From positions 71,508,360 to 71,572,359 of the forward strand of contig NC_068981.1 of NCBI RefSeq assembly GCF_001194135.2: a stretch of 64,000 bases of DNA. Reading direction: 5' to 3'. The notes beneath the pieces were generated by a model. That model had not been told where the DNA came from, made no database searches, and saw only the letters and a list, made by a program, of their open reading frames with translations. Below are positions 36,214 through 48,318 of this stretch, one piece after another. The position numbers and the translations under genes were made by a program. Position 1 is the first letter of the stretch. Each line of letters starts with the position of its first letter. This stretch comes from Octopus bimaculoides (lineage: Eukaryota).

Positions 36214-36656
36214 TTAACCATTTGTTGCTATATTTCTGTTGAAATACACAAATATTGTTTCAATTAATTTAGATCATAATGAAGAATTTAGTAAAATAAT
36301 TTCATCGTTATTAACCTGGTGTTTGGAATATAAATTAACATGAAATTTTGATGGGAAGTTTAGATTACTTTAACTCTTTAGCATTCAGATTTCTTTGTCA
36401 AATGTCATGTTTATTTATTCACATTGTTTTGAATTAATCATGCATTATCTTGTAGCTTCAAGATTTCAAAACCATGATTGTCTGTTTTTAAACTGACATT
36501 ATAGGATAGGTATGGGAGGTTGGATCTGGTCAGTTTTAGCATAAAACATAGAATATTTGGGCCAGTCATGGCAGTTTACATGCTAAAGGGTTAAAACAGG
36601 AAGTTTGAATCATAGAACCAGAGACATTGAGGCAGATTTGGTATCAAAAGGATTAA
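36214..36656. mobile_element. MITE family B carrying a nested MITE family A insertion
   Basis: Family B ends TTAACCATTT and AAAAGGATTAA. It is interrupted at its internal TTAA site. Confidence 0.85.
36370..36594. mobile_element. TTAA-flanked MITE family A (nested)
   Basis: TTAACTCTTTAGCATTCAG...GCTAAAGGGTTAA, with TTAA at both junctions. Confidence 0.88.
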
Positions 36657-38139
36657 TCTGAAAATGAGGACATTGTCTAATCTAACTATGAATATTTCTG
36701 TAGAGATTGTATAAAAAATTCCTATTTAAAAGTATTTGTGTTTGTATTAATAATAGTTCTTTGTATATACTCCAATGAGTTTTAGGTGTTCTAGTTTAAC
36801 CAGCATCATTGCTTTCAGTATTTACAAACATCTTTACATTCTGAGCTTAAATCCTGTTGGAGTTAAATTTACCCTTGTTATTCATTGTCACCGGTTATCT
36901 GATATCTATTGTTAAGTCAGGTTATTATTTAATTTGAAATCATGTTTAGAAATTTGGTTATTTCTAGTTCTGATCATAATTTTCACTCATTTTACAACCA
37001 TTTGCATAGATTAAGAAACTTTGTTATACTTCTCTCAAGTAATTGACAACACATTTGAAGTTAATTAATGGGTTTGTTTATATGTGTATATAAATTTTCT
37101 CATGTGCTAAAAGGTGTAAAAACATATCTTTTACCATCAGAAAGAATTTATTCTCCAGAGTAACTGTAGTGAATTTGCCTTTAGAAATTAAAATATGTCA
37201 CAAACATATTTGAGCTAATCTAAAGTTCATTTATTCCTAATCACTGCTAGGCACTGATGCTGCTATTTCTATTTGAACCAGGTGATCCACTAGTGCAACT
37301 CAGTCACCGATGTCTACTTTTTAGTTAAAGCTATGACTTTGAATCTGCCCAGGGTTATCTCTGTTAAGTATTTCCCATTGAGAGCCAGAAATATGTGTCT
37401 GGGAAACTGCTAGAGGAAGTACTGAGCAGACATAGTGTTTTTACACCTTTTACCATGAGAGAACTTTTTCTCCATGCTAACATATTTTAACTAATCTAAA
37501 ATTCATATACATACATGTGTGTGTAAGTCTTTAAACTTCTGTAGACAAAACTTGCTGGCATTTTTACAGTAATGAAAAACAAGAGCATTTTTGCAAAACA
37601 CAAATAAAAATTAAAAGATATAAGAAGCCTATGATTATTTAAAATTCTGTCAAAAAAATACTACAGCTGATAAAGAATGTTATATATACTTCAGAAGTCA
37701 AGTTGTCTTTCTTAGTATAAAAATGCAAGTTGATAGATCATCTCAGTCTCATGAGCATTAAGATATTTTTAATAATACATCTCAAATGTGCTGAATTTGT
37801 TGTCTTGAAAGTATGTATGTGAACACTCCTCCTGTTTAAAACCTGATGTAAATACTTCTCAATTAAGGTTTGGTTTCCTGGGAATTGGGCAGTTATGTTC
37901 TAGGATTGCCTTATTAAGGTTTGGTCTCTTGGGAAGTAGGTAACCACAAATATATAAAGATTTACAAAGGGTGGGTCTTTTGATAAATTAAGTTGCTTGT
38001 TTGTTTATTTGTTTTTCTTTTAATTTTCAGCATCAGTGTATCTTATCTGTGATTCTGATATACATTTTCTTATCCAATGTAGCATTTTTTATGATCAACA
38101 ATAATTTGAATGTTTAATTGCTTTTGACTAGAAAATACA

Positions 38140-38335
38140 CCTGTGCGAGAAAGAGTCCAATTTAGCCTGCATTGATAAAAATATTGACCAAATTATACCC
38201 TATTGTCATAAAATGGTAAGGACACATTAGGTCTTGTAGTTCCAGATGTATAAAAAGATTGGGTGGGGTCAGTTAGAATGCTTTTCATCATAGGTCTGCT
38301 TGAGGAGAGATAACATTAGGCTAAACAGTAATAAT
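38140..38335 (+). mobile_element. SINE family D, decayed
   Basis: GGACACATTAGG...GAATGCTTTTCATCATAGGTCTGC...GGCTAAACA. Confidence 0.55.
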
Positions 38336-38837
38336 CTTAACCTGTGTTAAACTTTTTCTTTTATAAGATTTATAAAATGCACCTTATATATATCAAATAA
38401 AAGTAAGCTGCTTTAATTGCAATGTTAATTTCTCATCAGTAGTACATTGGTAACTGTAGTTAGTTTAAATACATGTCTTCAAAATAGTGGCTAAATTTCA
38501 ACTATAAGGAATAGTCATCCAGTATTAATTACTGTAGCAATGTAAACTAATAAAAAAAAAGTGGTTGTTAGTGGGAGCTTCTAGAAAAATGCCTCATAAA
38601 ATGCCTTATTTGAAACTTTAGAAGTTGAATATTTTGATGCTCATTTCTAAAACTTATGATTAGATTTCATACCTCTTATAAATCTCTTTGTGGTACTTTA
38701 CAGTTTTCAGTAAAAGTAAATGATAAAATCAAGTAAAATATTTTATGGTTTTTATTTGTTTCTTTATGTTCTCAGTTCAGATCATACCAGGTTCAACTTC
38801 ACCTCTTGTCCTTCCAAGTTAGATAAAATAAACAGTC

Positions 38838-38915
38838 AAATACTTCTTGTAGGATGGTTAGTTAAAATACTTCTTGTAGGATGGTTAGTTAAAATACTTT
38901 TTGTAGATTAGTCAA
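38838..38915. repeat. 27-bp tandem repeat (about 2.8 copies)
   Basis: AAATACTTCTTGTAGGATGGTTAGTTA repeated exactly twice plus a degenerate third copy. Confidence 0.9.
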
Positions 38916-38959
38916 ATCTACTAAACACTCATCTTAAAAGTTTTGGCCTTGTTGTGCCT

Positions 38960-39620
38960 TCAACAAAATACCTTGTGATATTACATCCAATTCTTATGTT
39001 AAAATTCCACCAAAGTTGACTTTGCCTTTCATCCTTTTAGGGTTGATAAATTAAGTACCAGTCATGCACTGGGATTAATGTAATCGACTTAGCCCCCTTC
39101 CCTAAAATTTCAGGCCTTATGCCTATAGTAGAAAGGATGATTATTATACTTATTATTCTACTGAGGTCGACTTTACCTTTCATCCTTTCAGGGATCAATA
39201 AAATAAGTACCAGTTGGATACTGGGGTCAACATAACTGACTATCCCTCTCCTTCAAAATTTCAGGCCTTGTACCTATAGTAGAAAGAATTATTATGATGG
39301 TGATGTCAGGATCATCTCTATTTTTCATTCTTTTGGGGTTGATAAAGTAAGTACCATTTAAGCACTGAGTCTGCTATAATTAACTAGCCCCATGCCCCAA
39401 AATTTCAGTCCCTGTGCCAGTAGAAAGAATTATTGTTATTATTAAGGCAGCAAGCTGGCAGAATCTTTGTTGCATCAGATGAAATGTTTCGTGGCTTTCC
39501 TTCTGGTCCTTTATGTTCTGAGTTCATATAAGTACCAGTTGAACATGGGGTCAGTGTTCTGGGCTCCTCCTGCCCCTCAAAATTGCTGGCTTTCTGCCAA
39601 AATTAGAAAGAATTATTGTT
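38960..39620 (+). mobile_element. Head-to-tail array of four SINE family A units
   Basis: The block TAAGTACCA...CCCC..AAAATT..(TAGTA)GAAAG.AT recurs four times at roughly 130-185 bp spacing. Confidence 0.8.
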
Positions 39621-39864
39621 ATCGTTTTTGTTGTTTGTTTGTTTAATTGTAGTTGTTCAAATTCACCACTAATTGATTTGATACATTTTAATAAAGCTAC
39701 ACTTCGTACACTGAATATTGGCATCAATTTGTTCTGTTATTCTGACTCCTGCTACTGGAGAAAATTTCTCTGCTATTTGATTAATCTCAAATAGGAAATC
39801 TTATGTTGCCCATCACGCAAAATTAATTTCCAGTTAAAATACTTTTGTGACTATATAGGGACAA

Positions 39865-40220
39865 GTTTGGCCGTGTGGTCAAGAAGTTTGTTTGCAGTTT
39901 GCAATCACATGGTTTTGAGTTCAGTTTCACTGTGCAACACTGGAAAATGTCTTCTACAGTTCTAGACTGACCAATGTCTTGTAAGTAAAGTTGGTAACTG
40001 GAAACTGTGCGACAGTCTGTTGTGTGTGAATATATGTGTATCTTTGTTTTTGTTTCTCATCATTTGGCAACCAGTGTTGGTTTGTTTCCAACTCCATAAC
40101 TTAGTGGTTCAGCGAAATGTGGCCAATAGAATCAATACTAGACTTTAGTTGATTAATCAACTAGACCGTTCTAGGCATTGCTTTAACATGGTCGCAATAT
40201 AATTACTGAAACAAGATAAA
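39865..40220 (+). mobile_element. SINE family B
   Basis: GGCCGTGTGGTCAAGAAGTTTG...CACATGGTTTTGAGTTCAG...TAACTTAGTGGTTCAGCGAAA. Confidence 0.7.
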
Positions 40221-40224
40221 TAAT

Positions 40225-40440
40225 TCTTTCTGTGGGGAGGGGGGGTAGTCGATTACATCAATCCCAGTGCTTTATATCCCCTCATTCTCTATATGTACTC
40301 CCTTCTTATTTCATTGACCCCGAAAGGATGAAAGGCAAAGTCAGCCTCTGTGGAATTTGAGCTCAGAGTTTAAAGATTGGTGGAATACCACAAAACATTT
40401 TACCCAGCATACTAATGATTCTGCCAGCTCAGCACCTTAA
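40225..40440 (-). mobile_element. SINE family A
   Basis: GTCGATTACATCAATCCCAGTG...GACCCCGAAAGGATGAAAGGCAAAGTC...CTGCCAGCTCAGCACCTT. Confidence 0.8.
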
Positions 40441-41082
40441 ATAATAAAGGAAAAAAATTATGTGTATGCGTTTCAATTAAATTTGGAAATATTGAAGAAT
40501 TTGGCAGGATTTAGTAACATAACAAAAAACTTTAGTATCATAAAATTAAACTCAGTCTCGTGCAGGTTAGTATCAAAAGGTTTAAAATGTATTATGCTTA
40601 GTAGGTTTTGTAAAATTACAATATTTTTAAAATGCTGGGAATTAAAGAATTCAGGAATTTAATTTTCTATTCAGTATCATTTAAAATAATATCCATCTTT
40701 TTGATCAGCATCATGCTTTCACTTTTACATTTATTTTAAAGATATGCAAATGCAATAAGAATTAGCAAGTTTCACTTGTAAAATTTCCTCTTTAGTTTAA
40801 AAAAGAAAATTCTAATGAAGTTTTTTTATTGATTAGATTATTTAAACAAATTTAAATTGTTAAACTAGTAGTTTGTCTGGTATGGATTTAATTAATCAAT
40901 AATTTTCAATCATTAAAATTTGTAGAAACCAATCCTAATAGGAAAAAAACATCCGTCTTTAAATAAATATTTCCTTAAAACTTCCTGTCACCTCTTTTTT
41001 AAGCCTCTCTCTCTATCTCTCTCTCTCATTCATTTTTTTATATTCCCTCTCACATCAATATGTACCCCCTCCATCTCTCTCT

Positions 41083-41123
<41 letters not shown>

Positions 41124-41459
41124 CTTGCCCCCCCCCTCCAAACTTTCCTTGTTTTCCACATGCTTTGCTTCCACTTTTTCATAGCTTAGTTTCATAGTTC
41201 TATAAATATATTTATAAATTGTTGGTGCAGATATGTTACACTGGGATACTTCACTTGGAAATGGGTGTGGATCTATTTTACAAGGAAAATACTTTGGGGA
41301 GTATTCTGCATGACATTTATAAATAATGGTTGAGTCTCACATATGTAATATACTGAGCTAAAAAAAAATTTTCAATTAACTTAGATTATTGTTGCAAGTA
41401 GAAGACAAAAATTCCTGCTAGTGTGTTTAGAATTTAAGCACAGTAAGTAAACAACTCCA

Positions 41460-41725
41460 ACATCATCATCATCATCGTTTAACGTCCGCTTTCCATGCTA
41501 GCATGGGTTGGACGATTTGACTGAAGACTGGTGGAACCCGAAGGCTACACCAAGCTCCAATCTGATTTGGCGGAGTTTCTACAGCTGGATGCCCTTCCTA
41601 ACGCCAACCACTCCGAGAGTGTAGTAGGTGCTTTTATGTGTCACCCGCACAAAGGCCAGTCAGGCGATACTGGCAACGGCCACACTCAAAATGGTGTATT
41701 TTATGTGTCACCCGCACAAGAGCCA
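41460..41725 (-). mobile_element. SINE family C, CpG-rich (young) copy
   Basis: CATCATCATCGTTTAACGTCCGCTTTCCATGCTAGCATGGGTTGGACG...CTGGATGCCCTTCCTAACGCCAACC. Confidence 0.85.
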
Positions 41726-41984
41726 GTGCTTGGCTGATGAGATTTAACAAGATCAAAACACATCTATTACTCTCACCAATTGTCTTTAAAAGGCAAAAAT
41801 CCACTCCTGACTGCTTTGTCAATATTTTCCAAAACTTTCAACTAGCTGACATTACTAAAGTTGTTCATTGTTAGTTTCAGTTGTTAAACACCCATTAGTG
41901 AGAGATTTTGTCTTTCAATTGTAAGGATAATTTTAGTTAAAGTTTTTTAATGCTCTGTCTTGTATACCGGAGATTCTATCATTA

Positions 41985-42305
41985 TGGGCGTAGGCATGGC
42001 AGTGTTGTAAGTAGTTTGCTTCCCAATCACATGGCTTCAGGTTCAGTCCCACTGTGTGGCACCTTGGGCAAGTGTCTTCTACTAAAGCATTGACCCAATC
42101 AAAGCCTTGTGAGTGAATTTGGTAGACAGAAACTAATAGAAGCCTGTCATGTGTGTGTGTTTATACATCCCCTGCCACTGATTGACCTTCATTGTTAACT
42201 TGTTTATGTGCCTGTTACTTTGTGGTTTGGGCATAAGAAACCAATAGAGTAAATATCACAGTGTCTCAGCATGGTCACAGTGCAATGGTTGAAGCAATTA
42301 AAAAA
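41985..42305 (+). mobile_element. SINE family B
   Basis: GGGCGTAGGCATGGC head, GGTTCAGTCCCACTGTGTGGCACCTTGGGCAAGTGTCTTCTAC core and CAGCATGGTCACAGT tail. Confidence 0.85.
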
Positions 42306-43579
42306 TAGCATTATCATCTTACATGGGTATAGTGACTATTAAGTGCTTTTTTTAAATGATATGTCATGAACTTCTAGAATGCCTTTTGAGTATTTTTTTA
42401 AATATAAATTTTTTTTTAAATGAGGACTTTTCATTATTGCTAAAGATTATATTTTGTGGAGTCAGAATGATAGAAAAAAATTGCCTAAATTCCTGCACTA
42501 TGGAACTAATAATGTTGAAAATAAAATCTGAATAATTGTAGAGAATTTCTTAGTTTAATAACATTTTTATGAATGAGAATAGAATCATGAACATCTCTCC
42601 ACTGTATAAACAAGAGATAACTTACAATGTCCAGTTTATTCAGCAGCAGATTTTGAGTTGATTAGGATTATGTATAATTGAAGGGTGCATCTATATCTTA
42701 ATCCACTTTATTAAACTTATGGAGAAGAAAAAAAAAAGGGAATAAATCTATATTTAGTATCCTTGACCTTTCACTTAATCGCACGTGGCTACCAAAGTTC
42801 ACCTGATGTTAATCAATCACTGCCACAGAGTACAGTTTTAATAAATTGATCTCTTTTGAATATATCTTCCATGTTAGAACCAGTGGTCTGCGATTTAAAG
42901 TTGCCACTTTAAGCTGACACCTGACTCAATCAGTGATTTATTGATTGAAATAAATAGGTTTTGCTACATATCCACTTTAATGAAATACAGTATTCTGAAG
43001 CTACACTCATATACTCACACATCTAATCTGTTTGCATGTTTTCAATTTGTTGTTTTTTTCTTTTTTTTCTTTTTATTTTCTATTCAAAAGTATTTAAAAG
43101 ATAACTGATTTTATGCACATATCTGGATATTCAAATCCTTTATTGGATAAACATCAGATGTAGCCATGTTGTTCACTGTGAATGAAACCAGTTTAAGTCA
43201 AGTTGTTAGGTAGTCCTAATTATCAGTGTGTGTGTGAGAGATAAAGCTAGAGATTCTAAGTTTCCAAATATTATAGAAAATACAAAAGGGCAATGAATAT
43301 GCAAAATCAGTTGAGCACCTTAGTGATTTATGAGCAGAAAAATAAATGCTTATGCCTACATTATGTGATGTGCATATTAGTTTTAGTCAAAGCTATAACC
43401 ATATCACAGACAGGTAAATTAACACTATACCATATCATAGAACAATGCTTAACAAAACTAGGGCAATAATTAAAAATTTAAAAGAAGCAACAGAGTTATT
43501 TTAATGAGTTAATTACATGAGCCACAATTTATTAGAATTGGAAATAGGTGATGTGATGAAGGAGAGGAAAAGACAGTCT

Positions 43580-43900
43580 GATCTTCAGCAAATATGTTAA
43601 CAAATCCAGACTTGTTTCAGTTTTATTAGACCTCTTCAACAAAGTCATTCATGTTCCTCCATAAACCAATAGAGATAGGAAGCTATTTGTATCTCACCTT
43701 TTCTGATGTAACAATCCATACTAAGTCTGATGGAAATGACTCAGGGATACATAATTGCAATATGAAAATAAATAGGAAGTGCTAATACAACCTAATGTGG
43801 GGAGCATAATTTGAAGTAATATATTCATATTAAGGAGGCTATGCCCATATCAAGGAAAGGTAATTATTGTTGAACAATGATGAGCTAAACCGACCAAAGG
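43580..43900 (-). mobile_element. Highly decayed CR1-like RT fragment
   Basis: Minus strand ...WIVTSEKV...MNDFVEEV...FVNIFAED resembles EVTSGVPQG...INDLVEG...NMFADD. Confidence 0.35.
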
Positions 43901-44577
43901 CAATAGCAACAATTCAATCAAAGTTTTTAGTTCTTCAGTTAAAGTTCTAGATTTCTAATTAATTTAAATTGAAAGTGTGTAATGTGATAGTTTCATTGCT
44001 CTACTATCAAATCTACATTGTCTTTCATCAATTCATTTGACTATATTGATGCCTTTATTAGACTTTGACCTAAGTAAGAGATCAGTTTCAGAAAAGCATG
44101 AAGCTACAATTGTAGGAAGAAAAAAAAAAGAAAGAAAAGAAAAAACAAACTTTAATCTTAGATTAATATTAAATATGATTTATAACCATTTTAATTTTAT
44201 CGATATGACGTCTGTCTAATTAGCTAAAGCTGCCCATCAAGTGTCATACTTAATATTTAGAATTAATCTAAGATTATAAGCATTGAAAAGGTTTCTTAGG
44301 ATAATTGGTTTGTTATATCATACCTTGAACAACAATATCAATTTTTTTACTCTATGCCAATTTTTATGTCTGATGGATAATGACTCTGGTTTATTGAGCT
44401 GACAAATGGAATTGGTTAGCCTCCATTATGTTTCTTGAGTACAATAATGGTATACATTTAATTAAATGATAGGATTCCAATACTAACTTGTAAATTTAGA
44501 TCTCCAAGAGCATACCTTAACTCTATGGATGTAAGGTATGCACCAAGAGCATACCATAACTTTTAACTCTAACTTTA

Positions 44578-44729
44578 TATCATATTTTAACATGTATAAG
44601 GAACACTTTTTGTCAAAAATTAAGTAAAAAAAATATGGGAGTTTCTTATACATGGATAGTATTATAATCCCTTACAAAACCTTTTTTAAGCCCCCAAAAT
44701 TAGGAGGTTCCTTATGTTAAAATATGGTA
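44578..44729. mobile_element. Tc1/pogo-type MITE
   Basis: Imperfect inverted termini TATCATATTTTAACATGTATAAGGAAC and GTTCCTTATGTTAAAATATGGTA, with TA at the outer ends. Confidence 0.6.
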
Positions 44730-44845
44730 CTTTTAATCAGCTACTGCTAAGAACTCTATCATTCTTTGCTTGGCATTAAATTATGATAATAACTCTTCTA
44801 CAAACTATTAAGTGGACTTCAAGAGCTAAAATAAATTGGTTAGAA

Positions 44846-45161
44846 CAGGATTTCTCAACCATTTATTATCTATGGACCCCTATAGCTATTCAATGTTTAC
44901 AAACCACTTTTATAGAAACCTCTTTCAAAATACTCATTTTGTTTTTCACACACTAACTTGTGTAGGTTGAACTATGTAAAATGTTAGAGAAAGAAACCTA
45001 ACTATTTCTTGCAATACATACCAATACATAATCTAAAGCAAATTTTTTTTAGGGGAACTTAAAATACTATTGTGGATCTGCAATTTACTATTTTGATTCA
45101 TGGACGCCCCAAAATCTTATATAGACCCTCGAGCCATATGGACCCCGGTTGAGAACCACTG
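44846..45161. mobile_element. hAT-Charlie-type MITE
   Basis: TIRs CAGGATTTCTCAACC and GGTTGAGAACCACTG. Flanking 8-mers GGTTAGAA and AGGTAGAA carry TAGA at positions 4-7, like the Charlie nTCTAGAn target. Confidence 0.8.
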
Positions 45162-46468
45162 AGGTAGAAGGTGATATGCCTTTTAGTGAAAAAAACACTG
45201 AATCAAATTGAAACTTATAAAATTGGTGTTTCTTAAACAGAAACTGGAAGAAGGATGAATCATAAATTGCAAAAAGTGAAAGTGAAATATCTGACAATTA
45301 AATCTAAAATTTTTCTTGTTCTTCCACTTCCCATCATCAATTTGGGAAATTATTGTTGTAGTTGACTTAGTGGAAGTCCAATATTAAAACTGAGTTGAAG
45401 ATGCAGAGTAGTTTCAGCTGAAGCTCACTTGAGATTTGAAACTTCCATGTAGAACTTGGTCATGAGGACTGTGCCACAGGCATGTTTCATAGAACAATCT
45501 ATATTCCCTATCAATTTGTTTGTTTGCCTCTCTCTCTCTTAGCAGTGTTAAGCAGTGAAGAGAAATAAATGAGCTTTAGGGTTATGACATATTTCAACTA
45601 TTAAAAGCAAATTCACTGTAGCTACCATATAATAAAAGGTATAAAAACATCATATCTTCTCAGTATCTCCTGCTAGCGAACTCCTAGATGCATTTCTGAC
45701 TCTTTAGCCCTCCACAGTAGGAGATACCAAGAGAGATGACTTGATTAGCTTCTTAAAACAGACAACACCAGTGACTGATATGCACTCAGGCTGCCTGGTC
45801 AGAATAAATACAATGGTATTAGCACTAAGCAGTGATGAGGAATAAACATATTTTAGGTTAATTAAAATATGTTTGTAATATATTTCAACTTCTAATGTCA
45901 AATTCACTGCAGTTACTGTTGAGAAACAAGGAGAGTGAGTTAGTTTTGAAATGCAATTTGTATATCTTGCTTAACATGGATCTTTGAAAAGAAGACCACA
46001 AGACTGCAATATTCATCTTGAGAAAGTACCACATATGGACAAATAGTGCTAAAAAGCACAGAAGTATCAGTAGTGATGGAAAGTCCAGAAACAGCAGAGT
46101 AGAATTTCTAGATCATGTGATTTCTGCATATTTGTATGTCATTAGTAGCAAATATCTTATATCACTGCATTCTTAGGCGAATTTACCTTCTACTGACACA
46201 TAGAAAAACAGCAAGTTCTATTTCAACAGTTATTAACAATCTGCTGGATGTTTTTTTTCTAGAGATCAGCTAAGTTGGTGTTAAGAGAGAGGAGGTAGGT
46301 ATGATGATCAGCTTTAGGTCACGTACGGCTATATGTGTGTATGTATGTACATATGTATACACACATATAGCTTTGATAGATGCAGTGCATGAAATTCATA
46401 CAGTCACCTTATGTAGTTTTACATTTAAATAAAAACATACATATATGTGTGTATGTGTATGTATATAA

Positions 46469-46562
46469 TAAAGATTATTTGCCAACATAACATGGCAGTC
46501 CTGGTTAGAACAAATGCTACTGCTAACCAGGACTGCCATGTTATGTTGGCAAATAATCTTTA
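46469..46562. repeat. Perfect 40-bp inverted repeat with a 14-nt spacer
   Basis: TAAAGATTATTTGCCAACATAACATGGCAGTCCTGGTTAG (46469-46508) and its exact reverse complement (46523-46562). Confidence 0.95.
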
Positions 46563-46639
46563 CTCTAGAATACTCTTACTGAATGTCTCTCATTGAGAGA
46601 TTTGCAAATAGTAATTTTCTATTGTGTATGTATACACAC

Positions 46640-47000
46640 ATGAGGCAAAGCTGTATGGTTTCAGGTTCAATTCCACTTCGTGGCACCTTGGGTATACTAT
46701 AGTTCCAAGTTGACCAAAGCCTTGTGAATGAATTTGATACAGACTGAGAAAAGCCTGCCATATATACAATGTGTGTGTGATTGATGTCATGCAATAGTTG
46801 TAACCAAATGTCACTGTCATATACAAAGTATTTTTTATTTCCAATCGTCCATGAAAACATCCTGCCATGAGGAAATATCTTGTCTAGAAACAGGTGAAGT
46901 TTAGTTACAGGAAGGGCATCCAACTATAGAAAACCTGCCTCAACAAAATCTTCTGTCTGACCCATGCAAGTGTGGAAAAGTGAGTGTTTAAATGATGATG
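46640..47000 (+). mobile_element. SINE family B fragment followed by SINE family C
   Basis: GGTTCAATTCCACTTCGTGGCACCTTGGG...AAAGCCTTGTGA, then CAGGAAGGGCATCCAAC...CCCATGCAAGTGTGGAAAAG. Confidence 0.7.
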
Positions 47001-47985
47001 ATATTTATTTGATATAAATAGTGAAATGGGTTTGTTTTTTAATCTAAAAGTCTCCACCTCTGTTCAAAAGTTATTAGTTTTTAAAAATAGCAAGTTTATT
47101 GCATTAAGCACTTGAAGAAGAAAAAATGTTTCTCTTCTTCATTAATGTAAAGTATTAAGGTTATTTATTTAATAACTTTTATAACTACAACTACTATCAC
47201 TACTTACTATTACTACTACCACCACCACCTCTTCCTTCTCTAATGCTTATAAACAGATTTCATTCAAACACTTATTTTTGTTTATTCTGTTTATAATAAT
47301 AAATAATAAAATAGAAATAAATGAAAATTTATTATTAGATTTAATCTTTCAACTCTTCCTAGTTAAAATATATGATTCATTTCTGAATGGCTTGCTGAAA
47401 CCAGCTGATTTTAGTCATTGGACTGTAGCAATGATGGGGCTCTGCTTTCAAAAGGCTTTTGTTGTATCTACAACAGGATTTCCTCCAGTCTTTTACTTAT
47501 TGTATTGATATTTTTATGTAATGCTTAACAGTTTTTTAACACAACACCAGTTTCTTTTTTCTTTCATTTTTTTTTTTAACTGTTGGTGTTGTTACACACA
47601 AATTTTGAGCAGCAACTTGGCAGCATCCTTAGATTATCATATGAGATGCCTTTTTGCATAAATTCCAGATTCTTGCATTCTGAGATCAAATCCTGTTGAA
47701 GTCAGTTTTGCCTGTCATCCTCTAGGGATCAATAAATGAAGCATCTCTCTTGGCAGCAGACTGATAAAACCATTAGAACATCAGATGGAATATTTTCTGA
47801 GTTCAAATCCTCCTTAGTTCTTGGGTACTCTTTTAGCAAAGTTCATTCTGGTGCAACTGTCTGGGCCATATTTCTAGTTTGAGGATACCTACCTAATTGT
47901 TTCCTTCCCCATCAATCTCAGGTGTTTTGTAAAGAGACATGATCATTCTCTTCCTTTCAACTAAGCAATAACAATAAAAAAAAAA

Positions 47986-48318
47986 AACCAGCACTCAGAG
48001 AGCACAAACCTCTGCCAAGGTAACACCAACGTCCTCTCAACGATTAGCTAGAGTTGATTTTTAAAATGAGAATATCTGAAATAAACTCAACTGCTCTCAC
48101 AAACAAGAATACTAAAAATGAACCTGACTGCTCTCAAAAATTAAGTAAAAGACAACCAGAAAAATAATCCAGAATCCTTGTCTGGTACCAGACCGATCCC
48201 AAAATTTAATCAGTTTGTGCCAATCACGAGACCAAACATCCTTGAGATATCTTGTCCAGGGACAAACAAACAAATATGACTGAAAACAATACCTCCACCT
48301 TTGCTAAGGCGAAGGTAA
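47986..48318 (+). mobile_element. Non-autonomous Helentron-like (DINE-1/HINE-type) element
   Basis: 5' subterminal ACCTCTGCCAAGG (48008-48020) and 3' stem-loop ACCTCCACCTT-TGCT-AAGGCGAAGGT (48291-48316). A/T-rich flanks with no TSD. Internal short repeats ACTGCTCTCA. Confidence 0.6.
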
